The notes beneath the pieces are model-generated. The model saw only the letters and a list, made by a program, of their open reading frames with translations. It ran no database searches and was not told the DNA's origin. From Candidatus Electronema aureum (GTDB lineage: Bacteria; Desulfobacterota; Desulfobulbia; Desulfobulbales; Desulfobulbaceae), in the NCBI GenBank assembly GCA_004284765.1, contig NQJD01000010.1, positions 30,001 to 62,000 of the forward strand: a DNA stretch of 32,000 bases, written 5' to 3'. Below, one piece after another: positions 5,267 through 13,889 of the stretch. Position numbers and translations under genes: made by a program. How positions within the stretch are numbered: the first letter of the stretch is position 1; every line of letters starts with the position of its first letter.

Positions 5267-6763
5267 ATGCCTACTCCTTCTTCCCGCGCACATTCAGCGG
5301 GTTCCCCCTCAGAAAACATGCGGCGCAGAACCTTCAGCCGCGCATTTGATGTGTATGTTCAACATGCAATTAACCGCAGGAGCGGAGCCACGCCTCTTCC
5401 TGCATTCTTATCAGAAAATGTCCGAAACCGACGGCAGGAGCGCAGGATGTATGATATACTGATCGTCGATGATGACCTGTTCGCCCTTGCGCTGATGGAG
5501 GAGCAGCTGAAAAGTTATGGCGATTTCTTTACGCCGGTCTATGCCAGCAATGGCAGAGAGGCAATAGAAATCTTAGGACAAGAGGATATTGCTCTTTTAG
5601 TGACAGATTTGATTATGCCCGGCGAGATCAGCGGCTGGGATTTGATCGACTACCTTGAGAATTTTCATCCACACGTTCCGGTAGTTGTCATCACTGGCTG
5701 CACAGATAGGGCCAAACTTGAGCATCTGCAAAAAAGGGTACGACATATCTTACTCAAGCCGATCAAGGTGCGGCAGTTAGTCAAAATAGTCACCAATATC
5801 CTGAATGAGGATATCACCATTGGTAGTCTCAAAGGCATTTCTGTGGGCGCATTTCTCCAGTTACTTGAAATAGACGGCAGAACCTGCCTCTTAGAAGTGG
5901 GGAATTCACCAAAAAACAAAGGACTTCTCTACATCAACCGAGGTAAGCTCTATGATGCAGAATACGGCGAATTGCGCGAACAAGAGGCAGCGGAGCGCAT
6001 TATTGCTTTAGACAATGTTCGCTTTCAGATCAAAGCCCTGCCTAAAGTAGAAATCAGGCGGCGGATCAAAAGCGATTTGATGTCGATCATCATGGAAGCC
6101 ATGAAGTTGAAGGATGAGGAGGCGAGTCTTATAGAAGGATACAAGGAGAACAGCATTGATCCTTCGCAAGAGGATATTGTTGTGGTCAACAATATTTTTG
6201 ACTCTGCAAATCGACATATCCCTGCGGACGACGAAAGTCCAGCAGTGGAGTTGAAGAGAGATGAAAATGCAGAAGTGCAATTACCTGCAAAGTTGTCGCA
6301 GGCGAAAACAACCGCTCCTTGGCCTGCGCCAAGAACCATGCCGCAGGAGACAATACAACCGCAACCAAAGAATGACATAAAGAAAATGAATATAACGACT
6401 CTTGAAAATATGTTCAACAATCTGCGCTGCATCAAAGGCTACAAAACTGCCGCACTGATGAATTTCTCCGGTGAAATACTGATTGCGGATTCGGTTGAAA
6501 CAGATACTGATTTGGAAAATACTGGGCCGGTGTTCAATGATCTTTTCCGTTCTGCGGAAGAAGCAGCGGAAAAGGTAGGTTTAGATGCCTGCTTAGAGCT
6601 GGTGCTGAAAACACCGGGTGGTTTAGTGGTGATGTGCTGCTCTGGAATCAGCTCTTCCGTGCATTTTCATTTGATCGCGCTGTTAGACAAAGACGGTAAT
6701 CAGGCCTTGACCAAGATGCAGATGGCAAAATTAGTACCAATTATCATGCAAGAATTGGCGTGA
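5267..6763 (+). CDS. Response regulator: receiver + DUF4388/PATAN-like domain + Roadblock/LC7-like C-terminal domain
   Basis: REC motifs are IVDDD, LLVTDLIMPG, VVVITG and LLKP. The PATAN-like block is LKGISVGAFLQLLEIDGRTCLLEV...GLLYINRGKLYDAEYG. The C-terminal ~120 aa (IKGYKTAALMNFSGEILIA...FHLIALLDKDGNQALTKMQMAKL) looks Roadblock/MglB-like. The start at 5267 has a strong SD. An alternative ATG at 5447 (AGGAG SD) would start directly at the REC domain. Confidence 0.85.
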   Translation: MPTPSSRAHSAGSPSENMRRRTFSRAFDVYVQHAINRRSGATPLPAFLSENVRNRRQERRMYDILIVDDDLFALALMEEQLKSYGDFFTPVYASNGREAIEILGQEDIALLVTDLIMPGEISGWDLIDYLENFHPHVPVVVITGCTDRAKLEHLQKRVRHILLKPIKVRQLVKIVTNILNEDITIGSLKGISVGAFLQLLEIDGRTCLLEVGNSPKNKGLLYINRGKLYDAEYGELREQEAAERIIALDNVRFQIKALPKVEIRRRIKSDLMSIIMEAMKLKDEEASLIEGYKENSIDPSQEDIVVVNNIFDSANRHIPADDESPAVELKRDENAEVQLPAKLSQAKTTAPWPAPRTMPQETIQPQPKNDIKKMNITTLENMFNNLRCIKGYKTAALMNFSGEILIADSVETDTDLENTGPVFNDLFRSAEEAAEKVGLDACLELVLKTPGGLVVMCCSGISSSVHFHLIALLDKDGNQALTKMQMAKLVPIIMQELA

Positions 6764-6787
6764 TCAGCAGGTGGCAGCTTATGGATA

Positions 6788-6815
6788 TTGACAATTTACT
6801 TTGGAGTTGTAAGAT
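6788..6815 (+). promoter_or_regulatory. Sigma-70-like promoter upstream of cobT
   Basis: TTGACA (6788-6793), 16-nt spacer, TAAGAT (6810-6815), about 60 nt upstream of the cobT ATG. Confidence 0.45.
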
Positions 6816-6877
6816 GTTAAATAGTCAACCAAACACAGTTTGAACTCCTTTGACTTTTAATCAACCTCCAAGCAGCC

Positions 6878-7981
6878 ATGCCCAGCACCTACAAACCCAG
6901 CAAACCCAACCACGTCGATTTTCTCGAAGCAACCTTCCGTAGAATTTTCCCTCAAGATACCGATGTTCGCGCCCAAGCCAAGGCAAGACTGGAGCAGCTG
7001 ACCATGCCCTACTGGGCTTTGGGTGACCTGATGGATTTGGCCGTTGATCTATCTGGGATGACCCGTTCGCTGCGTCCGCCGGTACAGCGGAAACGAGTAG
7101 TGATCATGGTCGGTGATCATGGCGTGACAGCCGAAGGTGTGTCTAAGTTTCCGTCCGAAGTCACTGCGCAGATGGTCTATAATTTCGTTAATGGCGGCGC
7201 AGGCATCAACGCCCTTGCTCGGCAAGCACGGGCTGAAGTGACGGTGGTGGATATGGGTTGCGCAATTGATCTCTCCGCCTTAGTTACGGCAGGCAAAATT
7301 ATCTCCAAAAAAATCGGCCCCGGCACGGCTAATATGGCTCTTGGACCAGCTATGACTCGCACTAATGCGGTCTTAGCGGTCGAGGCGGGCATTGAGGTAG
7401 CGGAGCAGTTGGCCTCGGAAACAGATATCTTTGCCACCGGTGATATGGGCATCGGCAACACCACCGCCAGCACCGCGATTGTCGCCGCCTTCACTGGCAA
7501 AAGCATTGACGAGCTGACCGGACGCGGCACCGGCCTTGACGATGCTCAATTTGAGCATAAGAAGAAGGTATTAGAACGCATCTTGCAAATCAACAAGCCA
7601 GATGCCAAGGACAGCTTGGATGTGCTAGCTAAGGTCGGCGGCTACGAGATCGCGGGCATTGCTGGGCTGATTATCGGCGCAGCAGCGAATCGCAAGCCAG
7701 TGGTAGTCGATGGTTTCATCTCCAGTGCTGGGGCAATGATCGCCTGCAAGCTAGAACCGTTTGTTCGCGATTATTTGATCTGCGCTCATCGTTCAGTGGA
7801 GCAGGGCCATGCGGCGATGCAGGAAAAGATTGGCTGCAAACCCCTGCTTGATCTGAAAATGCGTCTTGGTGAAGGCACTGGCGCGGCTCTGGCCTTCAAT
7901 GTGGTCGAAGCAGCTGTAGCTGTGTTGACCGAGGTGGCCACCTTTGCCGAAGCCGGAGTGACCGGCACGCCGGTTTCATGA
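6878..7981 (+). CDS. cobT: Nicotinate-nucleotide--dimethylbenzimidazole phosphoribosyltransferase
   Basis: 367 aa with the CobT signatures GDMGIGNTTASTA and LKMRLGEGTGAALA. The stop overlaps the cobS start (ATGA). Confidence 0.93.
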   Translation: MPSTYKPSKPNHVDFLEATFRRIFPQDTDVRAQAKARLEQLTMPYWALGDLMDLAVDLSGMTRSLRPPVQRKRVVIMVGDHGVTAEGVSKFPSEVTAQMVYNFVNGGAGINALARQARAEVTVVDMGCAIDLSALVTAGKIISKKIGPGTANMALGPAMTRTNAVLAVEAGIEVAEQLASETDIFATGDMGIGNTTASTAIVAAFTGKSIDELTGRGTGLDDAQFEHKKKVLERILQINKPDAKDSLDVLAKVGGYEIAGIAGLIIGAAANRKPVVVDGFISSAGAMIACKLEPFVRDYLICAHRSVEQGHAAMQEKIGCKPLLDLKMRLGEGTGAALAFNVVEAAVAVLTEVATFAEAGVTGTPVS

Positions 7982-8832
7982 ACCGCTGGCGAAAAAACCG
8001 GCGACGGAAGGAGCCACAGCCTCAGGAGGGCGGAGAGCAGAAGCAGGCTTTTCGTCCGATCTCGTTCGCTCCGCTCCTCCGTCCTTTTGGTTATCTTGCC
8101 GCTGCGTTTCGCTTTCTCACCCTTTTTCCTCTACCAGGCCGCCTCGGCACCACTGAGGAAGAGCTGGCTCACTCCGCCCCTTTTTTTCCCCTGATTGGCC
8201 TGCTGCTCGGCTGTATTGCCGCTCCCGCCGCCCAACTGTTGTTTTCGCTCCTGCCGCCCCTCCCTGCCGCTGTTCTACTCACTTTTATCCTGCTCGCCTT
8301 TTCTGGCGGCTTGCATTTAGATGGATTAGCTGACACCGCCGACGGCTTCTTCTCCGCCCGAAACAGAGAACGAATGCTGGAAATCATGCGGGATTCCGCT
8401 GTCGGGCCGATGGGAGTCATCGCCTTAGTTCTTCTCCTTCTCTTTAAAACAGCCTGCCTTGCCTCTTTGAATGCGCAGCTCTTCTTCTCGGCAGCCTTTC
8501 TCATGCCTTTGGCGGGCCGCACCGCCATTCTCCTGCTCATGGCCCTGCTGCCCTATGCTCGCGAGGGCGGCTTAGGTAGTCTCTTTGCTGCCTATTTCAA
8601 CAGCAGCAAAGCCTGGCTTGCTTCGTTGGCTGGCTTCCTCCTTTTCACTTGGGTTGCCCATGCTGCTGTCGGGCCACAGGGCATTGTTGCAGTCTTGGCA
8701 GTGTTGCTGCTGACTGTGCTGTTCGCTGTCCTCTGTCGCTGCAAAATCGGCGGTGCCACCGGTGACACCCTTGGCGCGGCTTGCGAGTTGGCCGAAGCTA
8801 TCGCTCTTCTTGTTTTCGCCCTGAAAATTTAA
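7978..8832 (+). CDS. cobS: Adenosylcobinamide-GDP ribazoletransferase (cobalamin synthase)
   Basis: Polytopic membrane protein with FLTLFPLPG, GGLHLDGLADTADG and GGATGDTLGA motifs. It has a basic N-terminal extension of ~30 aa. Confidence 0.9.
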   Translation: MNRWRKNRRRKEPQPQEGGEQKQAFRPISFAPLLRPFGYLAAAFRFLTLFPLPGRLGTTEEELAHSAPFFPLIGLLLGCIAAPAAQLLFSLLPPLPAAVLLTFILLAFSGGLHLDGLADTADGFFSARNRERMLEIMRDSAVGPMGVIALVLLLLFKTACLASLNAQLFFSAAFLMPLAGRTAILLLMALLPYAREGGLGSLFAAYFNSSKAWLASLAGFLLFTWVAHAAVGPQGIVAVLAVLLLTVLFAVLCRCKIGGATGDTLGAACELAEAIALLVFALKI

Positions 8833-8967
8833 CTGCCGAGAAGGGCAAATTCAGACTATAATATATTCACGCGCTGTCCGTGCGGTAGGGAGAATCCTTG
8901 CCCTGCGCCACGAATCGAGTTTAGAACAGTATATTCCGCTGCACATCAAATTTATCGGAGGAACAAC

Positions 8968-9378
8968 ATGGCTCTTTATGACTGGAAAGATGACTATAGC
9001 GTCGGAGTTGCCCGTTTTGATAACCATCACAAACGGCTCTTTGACATTGCCAATCAGCTCCATGAGATGATGAAACTTGGCAAAGGAGCCGATGTGATTG
9101 AACCCACACTTAGAGAATTAGTCGATTACACCAGATATCACCTTACCGAAGAGGAAAAGGTGATGGAGAGCATTGGTTACTCGAATATCGTTTCTCATAA
9201 AATGGCGCATAAAGTATTCACGGATCAGCTCAACGAGGCAATGGCAGAAGTCGATGCCGGAAAAACAATTTTTGTGGTAATCAAGATTGCCAAGACGGTT
9301 ATTGACTGGCTGATCAATCATATTTACGTAATCGACAAAAAATATCTGCCGGAAATGAGCGCAGCAGGAATACGGTGA
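8968..9378 (+). CDS. Bacteriohemerythrin (hemerythrin-like metal-binding protein)
   Basis: 136 aa beginning with the typical W.D.YSVGV..FD.HHK.LF. The His/Glu/Asp iron ligands have correct spacing (HH, H..EE, H...H, H....D). SD is GGAGGAACAACATG. Confidence 0.9.
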   Translation: MALYDWKDDYSVGVARFDNHHKRLFDIANQLHEMMKLGKGADVIEPTLRELVDYTRYHLTEEEKVMESIGYSNIVSHKMAHKVFTDQLNEAMAEVDAGKTIFVVIKIAKTVIDWLINHIYVIDKKYLPEMSAAGIR

Positions 9379-9449
9379 GCAAGAGAAGCATTCTCTGACA
9401 CCGCGCTGCCTTTCACCGCCTCATTTCCGCCCGCAGGCAAGAGTCAGCC

Positions 9450-9500
9450 GAGGGGCTGCGCAGAGTTGCGGACAGCCCCCTCCGCTCCTTTTCTATTCAG
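9450..9500 (+). terminator. GC-rich hairpin followed by a T-rich tract between the hemerythrin and kinase genes (terminator or attenuator)
   Basis: GAGGGGCTG (9450-9458) pairs with CAGCCCCCTC (9473-9482) with one bulge. It is followed by CGCTCCTTTTCTATTC. Confidence 0.4.
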
Positions 9501-9501
9501 G

Positions 9502-12500
9502 ATGCTGATGCTTATTTCCATGCAACAGAGCGTACCTTTTTACCGAAGACTTCGTTTCAGCATGATCATGACCGTGCTGCTGCTCGTTACCATGATCAGC
9601 GGCACCAGCATTTTGATCAGCTATCATGTGACCGGCAGAAAAATTCAACGGGACATGAATGATGATTTTTTAAGCACAGAACAGGCGGTGGATACCTTTC
9701 TGACGCTTTCTGTCGGTCAGCTCCGCGCGGCTACCGAGGCTGCTGCTGAAGAGTTTGTCATTCGCACCACTGCCAAACAGCAATTTCTCCTTGCTGATGT
9801 CGTGCAAAATTGGGAGCAGAAAAGTGAGATTGATATTCTTTTCTTTTTTGACAGCAAGGAAGGAGTCATCGCTGTGTCGGATGAAAACCGCTCTGCTGCG
9901 CTGGAGCTGGCTGCTCATCCAACCATCATAGAAAAAATAACCCAAGCAGAGTCGTTCAGTTTAACTTTGCTCGCAGGCCCAGAAACAGGTGAGCTAAAAC
10001 AGAAAAAATTCTTTTTAATCGCGGGCACACCAATCCAGAACGACATAGACCCGGAGAAAAAGCTCTTCGTCCTCAGCGGCTATATGTTAGACAGTGATTT
10101 TCTCAGTCGGATACCGGTGCACCGTCGCATGGGCATCAGTTTGGTGAGCAATAACACTTTATTGGCCACCAGCCTTGCTGTTGAAATTTACGGCCAGAAT
10201 CCACAGAATGATCGGGTAGTTCTATTGCCAGGCGCATTGGACATGACTTACGAAAGCTCTTTTTTCAAAGAAAAGATGCATATAAAAAGTAAGTACGTCC
10301 CTTTGATGAAGAACAGCTCACCTAATTTTCTCATTATCTCTCATCCTGCCAGATTGATTCTGGCAACAGACAAGGAATTTGGCCAGCATTTTCTTATCCT
10401 TTTCTTTGTTGGCCTTTGCTCTTCCTTGATTTCCGTTTTGTTCATTACTGGCTCAGTGCTCAATCCGATCAACGAACTCCAGCGGTTGGTAAGTAAGATC
10501 AGCAAAGGCGATTACAGCGACCGGATTGACACCAGCGTGAATAATGAGTTCACGCCTCTGACTATTGAATTCAACAGAATGTTGGATTTGATCAAGAAAA
10601 AAGACGACGAGCTGTCCGATCGGGTTGAGGCAAAGACCAAAGAACTGCAACAACAAAATATTTTTATCGACAATCTGCTTCGCTCCTCGCAGATCATGGC
10701 TATTGCCGCTACGGACATGGATTTTCATGTCACGTACTTTAATCCGGTGGCAGAAAAGCTGTTCGGCTATAGGGCAGCAGAGGTGATCGGCAAAAAAGTA
10801 ACGCGCTTCCAAGTCCACATCAAAGATCAAGAAGAGGCCTTCAATCAGCTGATCGTGCAGGCGTTGGAAAAAGGCTCGCACACGTTTACCATCAGCACTT
10901 CAGACATGCTCACCTATGATCTGGCGGATACTGCTGGTCGCGATCTGAAAACCGGCAACCATCAGCGGACCATTGAAGTCTATCTTTCTCCCATTCGCGC
11001 ACAGGATGGCGATCAAGCCACCGGCCTGATGCTTATGGCTCAGGACATCAGTAAAGCCAGAGAGATGGACGAACGCTTGCACGCGGCACTTGCTGAACTC
11101 CAAGTGATCATTGACAACACCATGCTTGGCCTGATTTTGGTGCAAGATGACCGAATTGTCCGAATTAATACCACCTTTGAAGGCATGTTCGGCTACAGCT
11201 ATAATGAAATCAAGGAAACATCTTGGCCCGTGTTCTACACCTCTGTTTTTGCAGGAAGAGAGGCCGAGTGCTGGGATGGCAGCGGGCGAATGTTTTTCAT
11301 GTTTCGCAAGGCGGTAGATGGAGAAGAAGCCCAGCCGTTTTGGAGCAAAGTGCGGCGAGTCGCGATTAACGATGAGCATCAGCCAGACATGCGGCGAGAA
11401 CTGTTCCTCTTTGAGGATATGAGCAGTCAGAACGAGATGTTTGAGAAAATCCAGCGTCTTAGTCAAGCAGTGGAGCAGAGTTCCAACTCAGTGGTGATCA
11501 CTGACACCCAAGGCGTGGTGGAGTATGTCAATCGTACTTTTGTCAAGCTAACCGGCTATCAGGCGACTGAAGTCATTGGCAGAAATCTTTCCATGCTTTC
11601 GCCTGACCCAGCAGTGTACGAGATTATGTGGGCGGCAGTGCGGGCTGGACAGGAATGGACTGGCGAATTAGTCAACCGCAAGAAAAACGGTGATCTCTAT
11701 GAAGAGAATGTAGTGGTTTCGCCGATCCGCAACGAGCAAAACGAGATCACCCATTTTGTTGCCACCAAAGAAAACATTACTGACTTGAAAAAGGCTCGGC
11801 AACAGGCAGATGCGGCCAACAAAGCCAAGAGCGAGTTTCTTGCCAAAATGAGTCATGAAATTCGCACGCCGATGAATTCTATCATCGGCATGACCGAAAT
11901 TCTCTTGGACAGCAAGCTGCCGCAAGAGCAGCGCGGCTATCTGGAAAACGTCAACAGCTCGGCCTCGGTGCTGCTTTCGCTGATCAATGATATTCTTGAT
12001 TTTTCTAAGATCGAAGCCGGGCGGTTGGAGTTAGACAGGCACCCCTTCAGCATCCGCCATCTGGCCGAGGAGATCATCGCCACGCTCAAGATACTGGCCG
12101 AGCAGAAAGGCATCGAGCTGGGGTTAGAGATCAACGATGACAGCAGCTGTTCACCCTTAGGCGACTCCCTGCGCATCCGGCAGGTGCTGCTCAATTTAGT
12201 CGGCAACGCGATCAAGTTCACCCGCAGAGGCTATGTAGCATTGGAGATAGATGTTCATGCCGATGGCGAGCATGTCTGCGCGGCGGATTTCAGGATTGTT
12301 GATACCGGCATCGGCATCGCCAAAGAGCAGCAGGAGAAAATTTTCGCCGATTTCACGCAAGCGGATAACTCAATCACCCGTGATTACGGCGGCACGGGTC
12401 TCGGCTTATCTATCAGCAGCCGTTTGGTGCAGATGATGGGCAGCAAAATTGAGCTGGAAAGTGAGCAGGGAAAAGGTAGCACCTTCTCGTTCTCCCTATT

Positions 12501-13386
12501 GTTAGAGAACGGCGGGGACAAGGCAGCAGCGGATATGCGGCGAGCAGAAGAACATATCAGGCCGGTGGTGAGAAGATTAGACATTCTCTTGGTTGAAGAT
12601 AATCCGGCCAATCAGCAACTGGCGGTTATTCTGTTAGTCAAGCAGGGACATCGAGTTACAGTGGCAGGTAGTGGTGCGGAAGCCTTGGTTTGCTTGAGCA
12701 AATACCGTTATGATCTGGTTTTCATGGACATGCAGATGCCGGTGATGGACGGCCTCACCGCCACCCGGCATATCCGGCAGATTGAGCAAGGGCAACCTGC
12801 TGACTTGCCCAAGGATTTGGCTGAAATTGGAGAACGCCTCAAAGATCAATTGGCAGACGGGCATCTGTATATCATTGCAGTAACGGCTAATGCCCTCCAA
12901 GAAGACCGGCAGCAATGTCTTGATGCAGGCATGGACGAATACCTGAGTAAACCGTATAAAAAAATTTCCATGCTGAGAGTCTTGCAAACCTTTGATCGGT
13001 GCGAATTAGAGCCGCAGGCTCATCAAACCAAAAGCGTACCAGCGCAGGCAAAGGAAGAGACAGCGGCAGTGTCGCGGGCAGCGGTCAAGCAGCACATTAT
13101 TAAACAGTTTGAGTTAGAGCAGGATGATGCCGAGGAAGTGTTGGCCGCTTATGCTGATTCCCTCAAGGAAAACCTCCGTAATTTGCGGCAGTGTCTTGCG
13201 GACGAACAAGGAGTGGAAGCCGGACGGCAGGCCCATGCGATTAAGGGAGGACTGCTCAACCTTGGTTTAGAACAGCTGGCGCAGACGGCTTTGGTTTTAG
13301 AAAAAGAATTGCCGAAAAACATCGAAAGCAGGCACCTAAAGATGATCGATCAATTATTCGCGGCACTCGAGGAGTTCATGGCATGA
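9502..13386 (+). CDS. Hybrid sensor histidine kinase: 2 TM + periplasmic domain, HAMP, three PAS, HisKA, HATPase_c, REC and C-terminal Hpt
   Basis: H-box SHEIRTPMNSIIG; N, G1 and G2 boxes NLVGNAIKFT, DTGIGI, GGTGLGLSIS; REC motifs LLVEDN, VFMDMQMPVMDG, VTANA, LSKP; Hpt motif QAHAIKGGLLNLGL. The ORF-track start at 9466 is a TTG inside the upstream hairpin, so I prefer ATG 9502 (9520 is also possible). Confidence 0.9.
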   Translation: MLMLISMQQSVPFYRRLRFSMIMTVLLLVTMISGTSILISYHVTGRKIQRDMNDDFLSTEQAVDTFLTLSVGQLRAATEAAAEEFVIRTTAKQQFLLADVVQNWEQKSEIDILFFFDSKEGVIAVSDENRSAALELAAHPTIIEKITQAESFSLTLLAGPETGELKQKKFFLIAGTPIQNDIDPEKKLFVLSGYMLDSDFLSRIPVHRRMGISLVSNNTLLATSLAVEIYGQNPQNDRVVLLPGALDMTYESSFFKEKMHIKSKYVPLMKNSSPNFLIISHPARLILATDKEFGQHFLILFFVGLCSSLISVLFITGSVLNPINELQRLVSKISKGDYSDRIDTSVNNEFTPLTIEFNRMLDLIKKKDDELSDRVEAKTKELQQQNIFIDNLLRSSQIMAIAATDMDFHVTYFNPVAEKLFGYRAAEVIGKKVTRFQVHIKDQEEAFNQLIVQALEKGSHTFTISTSDMLTYDLADTAGRDLKTGNHQRTIEVYLSPIRAQDGDQATGLMLMAQDISKAREMDERLHAALAELQVIIDNTMLGLILVQDDRIVRINTTFEGMFGYSYNEIKETSWPVFYTSVFAGREAECWDGSGRMFFMFRKAVDGEEAQPFWSKVRRVAINDEHQPDMRRELFLFEDMSSQNEMFEKIQRLSQAVEQSSNSVVITDTQGVVEYVNRTFVKLTGYQATEVIGRNLSMLSPDPAVYEIMWAAVRAGQEWTGELVNRKKNGDLYEENVVVSPIRNEQNEITHFVATKENITDLKKARQQADAANKAKSEFLAKMSHEIRTPMNSIIGMTEILLDSKLPQEQRGYLENVNSSASVLLSLINDILDFSKIEAGRLELDRHPFSIRHLAEEIIATLKILAEQKGIELGLEINDDSSCSPLGDSLRIRQVLLNLVGNAIKFTRRGYVALEIDVHADGEHVCAADFRIVDTGIGIAKEQQEKIFADFTQADNSITRDYGGTGLGLSISSRLVQMMGSKIELESEQGKGSTFSFSLLLENGGDKAAADMRRAEEHIRPVVRRLDILLVEDNPANQQLAVILLVKQGHRVTVAGSGAEALVCLSKYRYDLVFMDMQMPVMDGLTATRHIRQIEQGQPADLPKDLAEIGERLKDQLADGHLYIIAVTANALQEDRQQCLDAGMDEYLSKPYKKISMLRVLQTFDRCELEPQAHQTKSVPAQAKEETAAVSRAAVKQHIIKQFELEQDDAEEVLAAYADSLKENLRNLRQCLADEQGVEAGRQAHAIKGGLLNLGLEQLAQTALVLEKELPKNIESRHLKMIDQLFAALEEFMA

Positions 13387-13889
13387 GGCCGCTAATCGTT
13401 ACTTTTATTGGCTGGCACAGCTGCGGCAAGACCACCTTAGCCGCCCACGTTGTCCGCCAATTCAAGAAACGCGGCTATCGGGTGGCAGTGGTCAAATCGA
13501 CCAAAGACCGTGGCCTTTTTCCTGATCAGGCGGGTACAGATACCGCTATTCACCGACAGGCGGGTGCAGACGCAGTAGCCTTGGTTACGCCAGACCGAAT
13601 GCTGATCACAGTAGAAAATCAGGCCAAAGATTTAGCCGCCATTGCCCGCTGTTTTTTTGCCGATATGGATATCGTCATCGGCGAGGGCTTCAAAGAAGCG
13701 GAAGGTGTTCCTAAGATCGAGGTCTTCCGGGGCAGCGGCCCACGCCTACGTGATCAGGTGAGCGGCGTAATTGCCGTGGCCTCTGACTGTGGCTTGATTG
13801 AAGAAAACAGCTTCGGCTTGCACGAGAGCAGCAGGCTTGCCAATTTTATTGAAGAACACTTTTTAAATTTCCCAAGGAAACCATCATGA
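13383..13889 (+). CDS. mobB: Molybdopterin-guanine dinucleotide biosynthesis adapter protein MobB
   Basis: 168 aa with the P-loop GWHSCGKTTL, then RGYRVAVVKS, GTDT and AGADAV, as in MobB. There are ATGA overlaps with the upstream kinase stop and the downstream ADH start. Confidence 0.8.
   Translation: MRPLIVTFIGWHSCGKTTLAAHVVRQFKKRGYRVAVVKSTKDRGLFPDQAGTDTAIHRQAGADAVALVTPDRMLITVENQAKDLAAIARCFFADMDIVIGEGFKEAEGVPKIEVFRGSGPRLRDQVSGVIAVASDCGLIEENSFGLHESSRLANFIEEHFLNFPRKPS

Noticed and set aside
6764-6877. Cobalamin riboswitch upstream of cobT-cobS
   Set aside because: The interval is only ~115 nt and most of it is promoter. I could not find a B12-box-like conserved core or the multi-stem architecture.
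9466-9501. TTG start of the 9466 ORF for the first hybrid kinase
   Set aside because: The TTG lies inside the stem of the hairpin at 9450-9482 and has no SD. Downstream in-frame ATGs (9502, 9520) precede the first TM helix, so the gene was started at 9502.
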